A stretch of DNA of 63,582 nucleotides, counting the filler, from Klebsormidium nitens (taxonomy: Eukaryota; Plantae; Klebsormidiophyceae), in the NCBI GenBank assembly GCA_000708835.1. It is 4 parts of 4 records of this genome, joined end to end, with 100 filler letters (N's around TTAATTAATTAA, not from the genome) between each part and the next. Parts side by side here need not be neighbours in the genome. Positions count along the whole stretch, not along the records: positions 1 to 23,885 come from DF237882.1; 3 more parts are not named here. One strand, 5' to 3'. The notes under the pieces are model-generated. The model had not been told where the DNA came from and did not search any database. It saw only the letters and a list, made by a program, of their open reading frames with translations. Of the stretch, positions 12,601-23,885 are shown in pieces (position 1 is the first letter of the stretch; every line of letters begins with the position of its first letter). The translations under genes and the position numbers were made by a program.

Positions 12601-15600
12601 CGTACGGCAGATCTCGCTGGATGCCCACGGTTGCATATGCGGGGTCGCTGAACGCGGGCGGCAGGCTTGCGGGCTCCTTGAAAAACGAGGCTTCCGGGTT
12701 TGCCGTGTCGGGCCAGACCCAGAGGAGGCCCTGTAAGCGGAAGAGTCGACGCGAGAGTCAGGATTGATTGGAAAACGGAGAGTATACTCAGTATTTTTCG
12801 AGGCTCGATTTGAACGGGTTGGGATACGCCGAGTTGGAGCTCTTCTCCAAGGAAGCGCAAACCGTCACCTTCGGAAGCCTTTAATCAAGCTACTTTGGCG
12901 TAGGAACCGAGTGTGACTCTGCGAATGCTTCACCTCGGACTAGAGTTAGGAACTGAATTCTTACTGTCATAAGAGTTACTAAGAAGTTGGCTGGACGATT
13001 TTGGCAAGAGGGAAGGTGGTAAACAAACCTCTTCTGACAAGGCCTCGAATCGCCCCTGTTGCAAGCATCCTGAGCAGGCCTTGTTTAAAGTGGAGCGTCA
13101 ATCAAGCTCTATACCTAGATGAAGCTGACCAATCTTGGCGCGAGACTAGATTCTCTCGGCTTTCGAGCTACAGGAGTTGGTGGAGGTAAAAAATGCAACC
13201 CTGGAGTTGCGGATCACAAGCTATGCTTCGCTTCACAGGCGAAGCAGTTCGCAGTGTGCTCGAAGAAAACCAAAGCTGATTGCATTCCCGCGTGTTCTAA
13301 ACGACGACAAGGACTATGAATGTGAGCTGCGGCTGACCAATACTCCCGTTCCCAAATTTGTTTCGTTCCTAAGAACCTGTCGTTGCTGGGGCTCCTCTCC
13401 AACGAGGTATAACGGCCGCACCTCGAAAGGAACCCGATGGGACAGTCAACGAGAGTGCCTTCACAACGGCAGGGTAAAAGAGCCCCTGTCAGCTCGAGCG
13501 ATCGAACTAGGAGTGACGGTCTCGCTTCCAAAGGCCCTCGAAACGGAACCTCAAAAGCTGCTGGAACCCCACTCTCCTCTAGAACGACAAGAGTCCTCCA
13601 GTTTCTCCTTCCTGCCCTTTGCATACTACATACTTCTCCTCTTGCCAATGTAGGTCGCTAGAGTAGATAATACGCTCCTTTAACGACTTGAGCGCGCTGC
13701 AGCAAAGGCTTCGCATGAACTCTAACCTGAAATTCTCTGGTGGGAAGAGCCACCGCGCACGCTCTCGAGTTCCTGTTAGCAGCCGCCTCAGGCCCACTGG
13801 ACGCCGCCTGGGGAATGACCGCGCACTTGCCGTCGCCGTCAAACGACCACCCATGGTACGAGCATTGCAGAAAGCCGGACTCGTCAATCCGTCCCTGCAG
13901 AAAGATGTAGGAGCAGGAGCGAGGTGGATAACTAGTGGCCATCCTGTGCGTACGCCAGGTTTCCAGCTGGTGCACATCTATTGATGGAGTTTATTAGGAA
14001 ACCATGAATTTTATTAATAACAAGGATCTTAAGGTACAGAAAGTACTGGATTCTCGCTTTAACCAACACTAAAACGCTAAGGACAAGATGACTTGCTCCG
14101 CACCCAAACCCACCCTAACCACCAAACTAACCCCACCTGTACCCCTTTACCTTAAGTTCCTTATTACAATTAAAGTTTATCCCTGTCTTATTAGGTGTAC
14201 TGGATGAAAGACAGAGAGTCAGCGGGTATTACACAACATTCATCCTCCACCTGTTTACAGTGACTACTGCAGAGATCTACAAGAGAACCAATTTTGCGCC
14301 AGGCTCCCCTTAAGCAGAACGACGTCAACTAACAGCGAACAGCCTCACCGACTTCCAACGTCAAATCAACAATAGGCAGACCGGGTGTCGCAATCGCCAA
14401 CCTTCAAAATTTTCAGAAGTTCTCGGAAAAGCAGCATAAGAACATCTGGAAAATAAGAAGGCCAACCAAGACTAAGAAAAGGACGTACCTCCGACAATGG
14501 AGCCAATCGGTGCGGACACTTGTCCTCCAAACAGATCCATTTTCCTTTGCTGTCCTTCCAGAGAACTAGAGGCCGGCCTAAAAGTTGGATTGGCGTTGGT
14601 GCTGAGGGGTCGAGATCCTCAAGAAGGGACACTGGATACCATTGCTGCTTCCAGTTGAACAGCTCGTTGTGCTCTTGCCTGCACAAAGCATGAAAATGAA
14701 GCTCAGAAAAGGGCAGACTGCCAGAAGCAGGCAATGCTTATAAAGTAAACAAGCAAGGCCTTCTCAGGCGTCCTTCAACGACAAGCACAAAAGAATTGTA
14801 CATGTGCTGAAGGTGTTGGTAAACTTGTCCGGAAAAGGTGACATTGTTTTGCAGGTGTACCAATCTAGGCCCTCTACTTGGCTGGAACAGCCAAAATCAT
14901 ACACGGAGGTGCACAGATCTAGGCCAAAAACTTGCATTGGGACAGACAAAGTTCTATCGCGCCATTGCTATGTACACAACTACTGAAACCTCCATATCAG
15001 CAACTTGGAAAACAACCTTGTTCTTTCAAGGATCCCAGACAGATTAACCAGGATCACATCACCAAAGGATGAGAACTGCAAAGAAAAAGTCTGATCTTGT
15101 GATTCATGTGATTTACAGGATCAACGTGATTCAAAGTTCAGCACATTTGACTTGAATGGCTCCGCTTCCTACATAATCAGCTTCTAATTCTCGGTGTCAA
15201 TTATAGCATTGAAGATATACACATGTTCGCTCACTGTTCAACCAGCTTAGACCAGCTTTGCTGCAACAAAGAAGCATTTGTCTCGCCAGCTAGAGCAGCC
15301 TCGAAAATTTGAGCCTAGCATGAACCTTGGTGAGAAACCACCACCACAACATCACAGTTCAGCGGCCATCCACTAAAAACCCCAATTGAGTACTCGCAGT
15401 TACAGCATGATTAGAAAAGATCCTTTCCTAGGTGCTACGACTTTGTACCATCATCATTCCATACGATGCATAAACCCTGTTTCATGACCTTGGTTCAATC
15501 AAAACAACATTGATTCAACAAACCATTTTGAAACCAGGGCCGCAGGGGCACCTGAAGTCGATGCTGCTTGGTGTGCATAATCCTTCAATCAAGGAAGCGA

Positions 15601-16298
15601 TCACATGATCCTCTTTCAGAAGACACGGGGATGATCTTTCCATCTCAAAAAGACATGTCTGCACCATCAGACAAGCTGACCCCTTTCTATGACCATATTA
15701 GAATCAACTGGTTTGAAACCAGAACCGCAGAGCCAACTCAGACCACTGCCACAGATGTGCATACTACTTCAACAGGAAGGAATTATATAATTCATTTTCA
15801 GACTTCCAAGACAAACAGGTGGTTGTTCCAATTTCAAAGCTGCGTGTTCATTACTCAAGTCCGCATGCTGCAGCCCTCTGACCATGTAATCCTTGCAACT
15901 GAAGGTGGTACATCACTCTGTGCCTGCAAACCTCACCGGTCTTCATCTGAAGCAATTCTTGGACTCTCAAGGGTCGCAGCAGCGTGACAAATCCCCGCTG
16001 AACCCTTACGCTCCTCCCTTCTTCGCCGTAGACTGCATGAGGTACCACTAGCTGTCGCTTTCTCTGATGAAGCTACAAACACAGATGCTGGCGCTGCGTT
16101 CAACGACGCAGGGAACGCCGACGAGAGATCAGCAAAAATAGTCCTTGCAAGAAGAGGTGCTCTTTGAAGTTTTTGAGTTCCCACAGCTGACCCGCTCTTC
16201 AGTAAGTCTATTTGGGTGCCCTCTGCAGAAGCTGACAGATGCCTTGCAGTATGGGAAACAACCGACGCGCCCTGAAAGGCAGCGCTGCACGCCTGCAT
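9684..16298 (-). CDS. Chloroplast Rieske non-heme iron oxygenase, PAO/PTC52/TIC55 family; 7 exons
   Basis: Exons 16298-15937, 14678-14489, 13894-13727, 12730-12468, 11735-11429, 10717-10496, 9911-9684, all GT-AG and phase-consistent. Rieske motif [26 protein letters not shown]; mononuclear Fe motif [14 protein letters not shown]; [15 protein letters not shown]; C-terminal HTE/VCSSC CxxC followed by a hydrophobic tail. Ser/Ala-rich N-terminus resembles a transit peptide. Confidence 0.92.
11878..12062. mobile_element. MITE-like intronic element with perfect 19-bp inverted repeats and G-rich core
   Basis: taactctcgtgtgacctaa (11878-11896) is the exact reverse complement of 12044-12062; GGG-tract core at 11925-11978. 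Confidence 0.55.
12003..12467. repeat. ~236-bp imperfect tandem duplication in an intron of the Rieske gene
   Basis: ttgaagtgcctgggtaactcgtatg...gaacttac is present at ~12003-12231 and ~12239-12467. Confidence 0.9.
14018..14166. mobile_element. Second MITE-like intronic element sharing the G-rich core (opposite orientation)
   Basis: 14091-14145 is a close reverse-complement match to 11925-11978; imperfect 19-bp inverted repeats at 14018-14036 and 14148-14166 (17/19 match). Confidence 0.5.
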
Positions 16299-19114
16299 CT
16301 TTCCACAGCGCTGCGCTCCAAAGCTCCGCAACCTGCGTCAGCACTTGATGCCCCTTTCAACAGAGATCTCGAGCTGCCAAAAACCCCTTTCCCTCCAATG
16401 GCAGAAGCCTGAAAGTAAGAGTACAGGGCACGTACCTCCGTCTGATTGACACACAGGTAGCTGACGTACCGGTAAGTACCTATTCTCCCATGCAGCCAAT
16501 TTCACCCGATCACACTCAAAAACTCTGCCACGTGGCTAGCCATACTTGTCCCCCCTCATTCATCTGCCGTTCAAAGGAAAAGTGTTTGTTATCCAACGTC
16601 GTACATCCTGACACGTCAAGGACCGCTCATTAGTTTGAGGCCAGCTGGCCCGGGTGGTGCACAGGTGGCGGTCTGTGTGGGCCCATGGTTTCCAATGATG
16701 GCATAATGGTAGCAGATTCGAGGGAGTGCTTTGCACTCATCAATGATTCCGGTTCTGCCATTCGTAGTCCGGTCATGCTCGACTGCAGTAGGTACCCACT
16801 ATGTTTGCAGGAGCGACCGTTTGTGTACCCGTTCTGTCGATACGTATGAGATGTGGAAGGCGGCAGCCCTGGTGAGGCCTCTGATTTATAGTGCACATTT
16901 GAAACTTCAAAATACCGGTAGCAAGCTCACATCATTGTAATCCTCCACCTATTTAGGATCAGAGAACAGATAGTGATGACACCACACACATTCATGTTAT
17001 GTCATCGCCATGAGAAGCCTATGGCCTGCAGGCAGCTACGGCCGGCGTGTAAAAGAGAACGTCAGGCCCATTGATTGTGCAGCACTGGTACAGCAAGTGA
17101 TCGTCCGCATAGGTGTGGCAATAAACTCTTGAAGTTGCCCACTGTCCAAACCTATTTGGCTATAGTAATCGTTGTGCGACTCGAGCTGCAATCAGAAGAA
17201 ATGAACACCCGCAATGCACACTTACCGATAAGATGCGCACGTCCTATGACTATATACTGTACCATTCAATTGTAGGAGCTTGTTCCATGCAAGAGCTAGG
17301 GCCTTGCATGGCGCCTCCTCGCGAGCTCTACTTATATATATGCCTAGCCTAAAGCATATTGCAAACCCGAAGCCAAGCTACTAGCTACTTACTATAATCG
17401 AGTGCAATCATGGTGGATCGACGCATGTGCGTCTCATTCATTCATGCAACCGGGAATTAGAAACGGTACGCTAGTGCAAGAATAGTCACAACTTGTCATG
17501 AAAAAGTTGGGCGGAATAAACCTTAGGAAAGCCTGCCCAAAATGCGCTGGCGCGCGCCCCAGAAAGTCAGCAAGGACCAGTCCTGATGCAGGCTGCTATC
17601 AACGACAAAAGGAGAGGCAAAATCCGGCGCAAGCGGCACCAAAACAGTCTCCAAGGACAGCTGAAAGTGTGCCTGACTGCCAATCAGCCCTAGGGCCCCA
17701 AAAACCCTCTGAAAATGTCAGGGAAGCCAATCTCAGAATGCCAAAATCAGCGGCACACAGCAGCCCTAGGCAGCCCTGATACTGCCTACAACGCAGCCAA
17801 ACCCTGCCGCCTCTTGCGGCGCTCTCACGCTCTGCTGAAAATAGCCAAAGATCTGATCACTGAGGCGCCAAAACTTGCGCTCCACAGCGCCACGCTGCGC
17901 TTGTGTAGGCCGAAAATCAGCCTATTACCAGATGCGTCGAGAAGCGGTGGTGCTTCCCTCAAACCCCACGAGTGCCTTCTCCATGTGAGAAGGTCTTCAT
18001 GCACGCGCCGTACCTTCTGAAGATGCGGTGGCTTCCTCCACAAGACCCGTGCCTCAACCGGATCTTTTGTAAGTCTACACAAGCCGGGAAATGACGATTA
18101 ANNNNNNNNNNNNNNNNNNNNNNNNNNNNNNNNNNNNNNNNNNNNNNNNNNNNNNNNNNNNNNNNNNNNNNNNNNNNNNNNNNNNNNNNNNNNNNNNNNN
18201 NNNNNNNNNNNNNNNNNNNNNNNNNNNNNNNNNNNNNNNNNNNNNNNNNNNNNNNNNNNNNNNNNNNNNNNNNNNNNNNNNNNNNNNNNNNNNNNNNNNN
18301 NNNNNNNNNNNNNNNNNNNNNNNNNNNNNNNNNNNNNNNNNNNNNNNNNNNNNNNNNNNNNNNNNNNNNNNNNNNNNNNNNNNNNNNNNNNNNNNNNNNN
18401 NNNNNNNNNNNNNNNNNNNNNNNNNNNNNNNNNNNNNNNNNNNNNNNNNNNNNNNNNNNNTTACACGTAGCTTATTGCATAGGCATCATGCTTTTTCGCT
18501 TCGACTGCATTTGTTGAGCGCACTCGACACGGTCCAGCCTCGACTCATTACGGCACGACAGCTGTCAGGCAACCGATTGTCGGTGCTGCATAGCCTCGAG
18601 CATACGTGAGCGCCACGTCAGCTTTGTGCATATGAGGCATGAGCGCCTTGTTAGCGCTCTGCATGTTGAGCATGTTTGTCACCATACTAGTTGCTAGCAT
18701 CATAGGCCACTTGGGCCATCTTGCCAGGCATCATAGGCATCAGCAGTGATAATAGACTCAGTAGATTCGTCCATCCTTCTAGATCGTGATTACGATACAT
18801 TAGAGTTAGCGTCACGGGCCATCATCGGACGGCCCAAGTTTCATGTCAGCGTAGATATTTAGCGTTTGCCTTAGATATGACATTTAGAGCGCCTATTCAC
18901 ACTAGTAGACTTGACTCAGAGACTGCAGGTAGACATCCTCTTGCTTGAGCATACCTAGACACTTTTTGTGAGTAGCTATTTGGAGAGAGCATTGTGGCGC
19001 TAGCACAATGTGGCACTAGTGTGCCAGTGGCACTAGTGTGCCAGTTCAGGCTGACGTCATTTTGGGGACTCTAGTTCTGCGGCGGACTCTTTAGGCCACC
19101 AGACACTAGGACAT

Positions 19115-20728
19115 TTGGATACTCGGACTGCGGACGGCGGTGTGACCAGTCAGCCCTTAGTTATACCAGGGTTCTCCGTGTTTGCACTTGACAGCATGGA
19201 ATCGTCACTCGCGTCCCAGGCTGGCCTGTTCACCGGCGAGCCCGGCGGGCCCAGCCTCATGCACTTGCGCCAGAATTATCAGGCGCTGATGACGGAAGTG
19301 AAGCTTAAGCCCAATTCGGACCGCCTGACACAGAATGATTACTTCCACCTGCTCGTAAAGATGACGGCAGGCGGTGCCCGTGATCAGGCAGGCGCCCTAG
19401 AGCGCCGCCTTATAACCGACCTAGAAGAGCGCAACGCTGCAGCGCTCCGCAACTACGAGCGTGACCTAGCCGACTATGAGCGGCAGAAAGTTGTATGGGA
19501 TGCTACGCCGGCAGCTTCGCGCCAGGCAAATAATGAACCTAAGCGGCCAGATAGGCCTGCAGCGCTCACCGAATATACCGACCCGGTGAATGCGTTCTCG
19601 AAGCACATGGAGGAGCTGTACCCTGAGCGGTCAAGCTCTCGTCTCGATGAGTTCACTCACTTCGCGGCCAAGCCCGGCGAGACGGTCGCGAGCCTCTCGC
19701 AGCGCATGCAGACCCTCAAGGGCCTGCTAAACCAGCCCGAGCACATGGCTGTGTTCCGGCTGCTCGGCGCATATCCGCGCAACCTGCAAAGCAAAGTCAA
19801 GCGCCAGCTTATAGCCTCTGGCCTCGACGTTGATAAGTGGACCGTACAGAAGGTCAGCGAGCTAGCTGTGCGCATCGATCGCACATATACCGAGGAGAAG
19901 CTGTGGACTGCGGCCACTAAGACAGAGGCCAGTACGAGTCGCAGTGCGCCAGCCGCCGCACAGCGGACCGATCCGCGCACATGCCATATATGCGGCAAGA
20001 CCGGCCATATTGCCCGCAACTGTCTGGCTCGGCCAAAGGCAGCTCATGCAGCACAGCACGCGCCAGTCGCGAACGGCCAACCTTTAAGCCCAAGCCAAAC
20101 AGGCAGCATAAACAAGAGCGGACCATGCTACAGGTGCGGCGAGATGGGCCACCTGGCAAACGTCTGCCCCACCCTGCGCCAACCCGGCGGCGCTGCGCAG
20201 CAGTCCGCCCGGGCGCCCGTTCAGCAGTGGTGTGACCATCATAAGGTCAATACACATAGCACGGCCGAGTGCCGCGCACTTAGCCAGAGTAAGCCGCGAG
20301 GCGCCAACCAGGCTTCGCAGGCGGCCAATCAGGCCACTCATCCTATGGACGCGACTCCGATGCCTACCCGGGAATCGCTCACCGATCCACCCTCATATGA
20401 GGAGTTGCTGGATTTATGGCAGCGCACCATGGCCGACAAGGGTCACGGTTATTTGGGCACCGTCATGGACCGATCACCCAGTCGCGTTCCGACCTGCACG
20501 GCCGCCTGTGCAGGCCACCGTGTCTCTTCGACTTTACCGGCCAGCCTGACGCGGCGTGGTCCGGAGGCGCAGCGACTTCAGGGTCGGCGTCAAATTGACA
20601 TGCCCCTAGGGTTTTATCCCCGCGACGTTATCGGGGCCCAGGTCTGCCAGTGCCCGATCCTGAGCCGACACATGCACCTGAGGTTCCAACTCCCGAGGTC
20701 GCACATGCTTCCGCGAGGATCCCCCTAG
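19115..20728 (+). CDS. Retrotransposon Gag-like protein
   Basis: CCHC knuckles CHICGKTGHIARNC (19982-20023) and CYRCGEMGHLANVC (20126-20167); CHHC finger WCDHHKVNTHSTAEC (20231-20272); capsid-like DEFTHFAAKPGETVASL. First ATG at 19196. Frameshifts near 20640 and 20920 look like decay. Confidence 0.85.
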   Translation: MDTRTADGGVTSQPLVIPGFSVFALDSMESSLASQAGLFTGEPGGPSLMHLRQNYQALMTEVKLKPNSDRLTQNDYFHLLVKMTAGGARDQAGALERRLITDLEERNAAALRNYERDLADYERQKVVWDATPAASRQANNEPKRPDRPAALTEYTDPVNAFSKHMEELYPERSSSRLDEFTHFAAKPGETVASLSQRMQTLKGLLNQPEHMAVFRLLGAYPRNLQSKVKRQLIASGLDVDKWTVQKVSELAVRIDRTYTEEKLWTAATKTEASTSRSAPAAAQRTDPRTCHICGKTGHIARNCLARPKAAHAAQHAPVANGQPLSPSQTGSINKSGPCYRCGEMGHLANVCPTLRQPGGAAQQSARAPVQQWCDHHKVNTHSTAECRALSQSKPRGANQASQAANQATHPMDATPMPTRESLTDPPSYEELLDLWQRTMADKGHGYLGTVMDRSPSRVPTCTAACAGHRVSSTLPASLTRRGPEAQRLQGRRQIDMPLGFYPRDVIGAQVCQCPILSRHMHLRFQLPRSHMLPRGSP

Positions 20729-20902
20729 AGACTTTCGACCCGCCGGCCGCCAGCGCTCGGCCCCGGCGCGCTCAGCCGACTTCGTCCCGTTCCCCTGAGC
20801 CAGATTTGCTTAAGGGGTTCGAGGAGCTGCCCCCAAGCGACGAAAAGTATCAGGGGCACATCATCCAGCCGAGCGCGCCTAGCCCGGCCCCAGCTCTGCC
20901 TT

Positions 20903-21591
20903 TTGAGGCGACTGCAGAAGATACTTGCCGACTCGACTGCGCCGAGCGGTCCCCCGACTTCGGCTGGTGCCTTGACAGAGGCGCCGGCAGACAACGACAT
21001 TTATAATCCGGCTAACCCTAGACTCGCTGCTCTGCTCAGCAGCCTGCCGGGTTCATATTACAGCGATCGATCGCAGGGCACCTACCGGTTCCCGCGCATC
21101 GATAACACCGGCCCGCGCCCTGCGATGCTTATCAACGTGCAGGTTCTGCATAACCTGGTCCTTGACTGCGGCGCCGACGTCGTTTTGGTTGGCCCGCGCA
21201 CTGCGGCCAAACTGAAGCTGACCACGGACAAAGTCAGAAAGAACGCCATCGAGATACGCGTTGCCAGCGGTGAGACGGTTCATATGGACGAGACCATCAA
21301 GCCAGTGGACTTCGTCCTGAACCCCGGGACGCCCCACGAAACCACCATGTGGGCCAAGATCATCATTGTCCGTGGCGACTTGCCCGACACCCTGATCGGG
21401 ATGAGCGTCATGGGCCCTCCTGGCATTCGGCCTGACTACTACAAACATGTCGTGACGTACTATGTCAACTGGTGGGAGCCACATGCGCGCGAGGCGCGTC
21501 TCCCCTGCTTCCTGCCGGTCAATTACGATCGGCCCGGCGCATCTGGAGCTAGCTGTGCTTGGCACCCCTCTTGCCTACAGTGCCGCACTGG
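20903..21591 (+). CDS. Retroviral-type aspartic protease domain
   Basis: LVLDCGADVVLV (Asp at 21164-21166) and downstream DTLIGMSVM (ILG-like motif). Confidence 0.8.
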
Positions 21592-23529
21592 TGCCTACAG
21601 TGCCGCACTGGTGCTGGCAGTGCCAGCACCAGCACAGGCGCGGCCAGAACTCCTGGGCTTGCGCCTGGTGCTCCGATTTCGTACAACAAGCTGCTCCAGA
21701 TTCCGTCACCCAACTTGGAGAAGCCGTTCGAACTCGAGAACGCGCGCTTTCGGATGTGGCACTATGAGAAGCACCTGATGCCCGAGATGACGGATCTGTA
21801 CGAGCGCAGCAAGGAACGGCTGGCCGATCCGCCGCCGAACCAGCGGCCTGTCACAGTGGAGGCGTACCAGCATTTGCGCCCCCTGGACACGAGCATGCTG
21901 GACCTGCGTGGGCCCCTGGCCAAGAGTGACGGCCCGGGCCTAGTTGTTCTGGAGCTCTTCTCCGGTATCATGGCCGGCACAGAGGCACTTGTGCGCGACG
22001 GAATTAAGATCCAGCACGTCTATGCATGCGAGAACGAGGCCAAGACACGCGCAGTCGCAGAAGAGCGCTTGAAAGTGCTGTCTGCGATTCGGCCTGAGCA
22101 GCTGAGCGTTGAAGCGTTCGCCGATTGCCACGCCTTCCTGCCACAGGATGTTAGGAAGATTACGCGCCAGCACATTGAGGACATGAAAAAGCCGGACCTG
22201 GTGATTGTCGGCTTCCCCTGCCAGGGGTTTTCGCGCGCATCTGACGCGCCCAAGGGGCTCAGAGACCCCCGCACGCAGCTTTTCGAAGAGGCTCTGCGTG
22301 TGATCCACTTGATCTGGCGCATCCACGGCCCGTGTGGGTACCTTTTCAAAAACGTGGACGCAGCCGACCATCCCAACCGGGACGTTCGGCGCGAATACAC
22401 CGAGGTCGTTCAGGCCGTCCTCGGCAAGGGCTTCGTTTTTGACGCGGTCACCATGGGCTCCTACGCCCACCGTAACCGGCGCTGGTGGACCAACCTGGTT
22501 CCAGGACACCTGGTTGAGGAGATGGCCGACAAGAAGTTCAAGCGTCGGCCCCCAGGTCAGCGCGTGCAGGACATCCTCGAGCCTGGACACACCGCCAAAG
22601 TGGCTCGGCACGCGCAGGCTTCTGGCTCAGTGACGGTAAACGTCCCAGGGCAGACCATCAAGGCTTTTGCCACCTTCGTCTCCCTGGCCAACTCGCACGC
22701 CTATCGAGTGGGGCAGCAGAGCATGGTACTCGATTGGGCAAACCGCGAGCAGAAGCCGACCGCCCTAGAGCGCGAGCGCGCCATGGGTTTCATGGAGAAC
22801 ACAACGGCGGCGCCCACCGATCGGATCAAGGAAGCCGATCGTCGCCGCTTGCTGGGCAGCACCNNNNNNNNNNNNNNNNNNNNNNNNNNNNNNNNNNNNN
22901 NNNNNNNNNNNNNNNNNNNNNNNNNNNNNNNNNNNNNNNNNNNNNNNNNNNNNNNNNNNNNNNNNNNNNNNNNNNNNNNNNNNNNNNNNNNNNNNNNNNN
23001 NNNNNNNNNNNNNNNNNNNNNNNNNNNNNNNNNNNNNNNNNNNNNNNNNNNNNNNNNNNNNNNNNNNNNNNNNNNNNNNNNNNNNNNNNNNNNNNNNNNN
23101 NNNNNNNNNNNNNNNNNNNNNNNNNNNNNNNNNNNNNNNNNNNNNNNNNNNNNNNNNNNNNNNNNNNNNNNNNNNNNNNNNNNNNNNNNNNNNNNNNNNN
23201 NNNNNNNNNNNNNNNNNNNNNNNNNNNNNNNNNNNNNNNNNNNNNNNNNNNNNNNNNNNNNNNNNNNNNNNNNNNNNNNNNNNNNNNNNNNNNNNNNNNN
23301 NNNNNNNNNNNNNNNNNNNNNNNNNNNNNNNNNNNNNNNNNNNNNNNNNNNNNNNNNNNNNGAGCGCGAGCGCGCCATGGGTTTCATGGAGAACACAACG
23401 GCGGCGCCCACCGATCGGATCAAGGAAGCCGATCGTCGCCGCTTGCTGGGCAGCACCATGGACATGCACGCTCTGACCTTCCTGGTCGGCTGCATCTAGG
23501 TCTTCCAGCAGGCCTTCTTTGCCGATTGA
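21592..23529 (+). pseudogene. Retrotransposon-encoded DNMT3-like C5 cytosine methyltransferase (probably inactivated)
   Basis: Motif I LELFSGIMAG; ACE; QDV; motif IV VGFPCQG (22216-22224); motif VI degenerate LFKNV (22348); motif VIII HRNRRWWTN (22471); motif IX/X ERERAMGF...RRRLLGSTMD, comparable to DNMT3 ELERVFGF...RQRLLGRSW. TAG at 23497, with frame open to TGA at 23527. Spans an N gap with a 96-bp overlap. Confidence 0.9.
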
Positions 23530-23588
23530 CGGCGCGCACGGCCGACGATTAGCGAACCGCACGGCCGCCACTCGGCTGCATGCGTAGC

Positions 23589-23885
23589 TGTAACGATTAC
23601 GATTGGTTAAGCCTAACCTCGTTCTCGACAGGATTTTGTTGACTTGCGGGTTAGCGAAACGGCGGTGGTTACGTCTTAACGACGCACTGCGTGGCTGTCT
23701 GCAAGACGCCGTAATATCCCGGATGGATCGGCTTCTGTGAGCCGATGTCACCGTTCAGGATAAGTTGTGTTCGGCTTCGCCGTTCGATGCAGCCAAGCTT
23801 ATCTGTGTTCTGCACAGCTTGCGTGGCTGGTCTTGTCAAAGGTAGTGGACAAGAGAGAGCTATACGATTAGTCGCATAATCCACG
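23589..23885 (+). mobile_element. Possible start of a nested LTR (TGTAACG...) interrupting the DNMT element
   Basis: Begins TGTAAC, like the gypsy LTR terminus at 63499; coding character ends here; runs into a gap. Confidence 0.35.

Larger units (their letters stand above)
17494..23588 (+). mobile_element. Decayed LTR retrotransposon (Ty3/gypsy-like) encoding Gag, aspartic protease and a C5 DNA methyltransferase; boundaries uncertain
   Basis: Collinear gag (zinc knuckles), protease and DNMT ORFs at 19115-23529. The 5' boundary is guessed from TGTCATG at 17494. No RT, RNase H or integrase is visible before a new TGTAAC start at 23589 and the gap at 23886. Confidence 0.75.

Noticed and set aside
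20600-20930. Programmed frameshifts within the DNMT element's Gag-PR linker
   Set aside because: No in-register slippery heptamer; small deletions near 20640 and 20920 explain the shifts as decay.
22768-23457. 96-bp direct repeat (22768-22863 and 23362-23457) flanking the N gap in the DNMT
   Set aside because: An identical sequence on both sides of a gap is a contig overlap, not a biological duplication.
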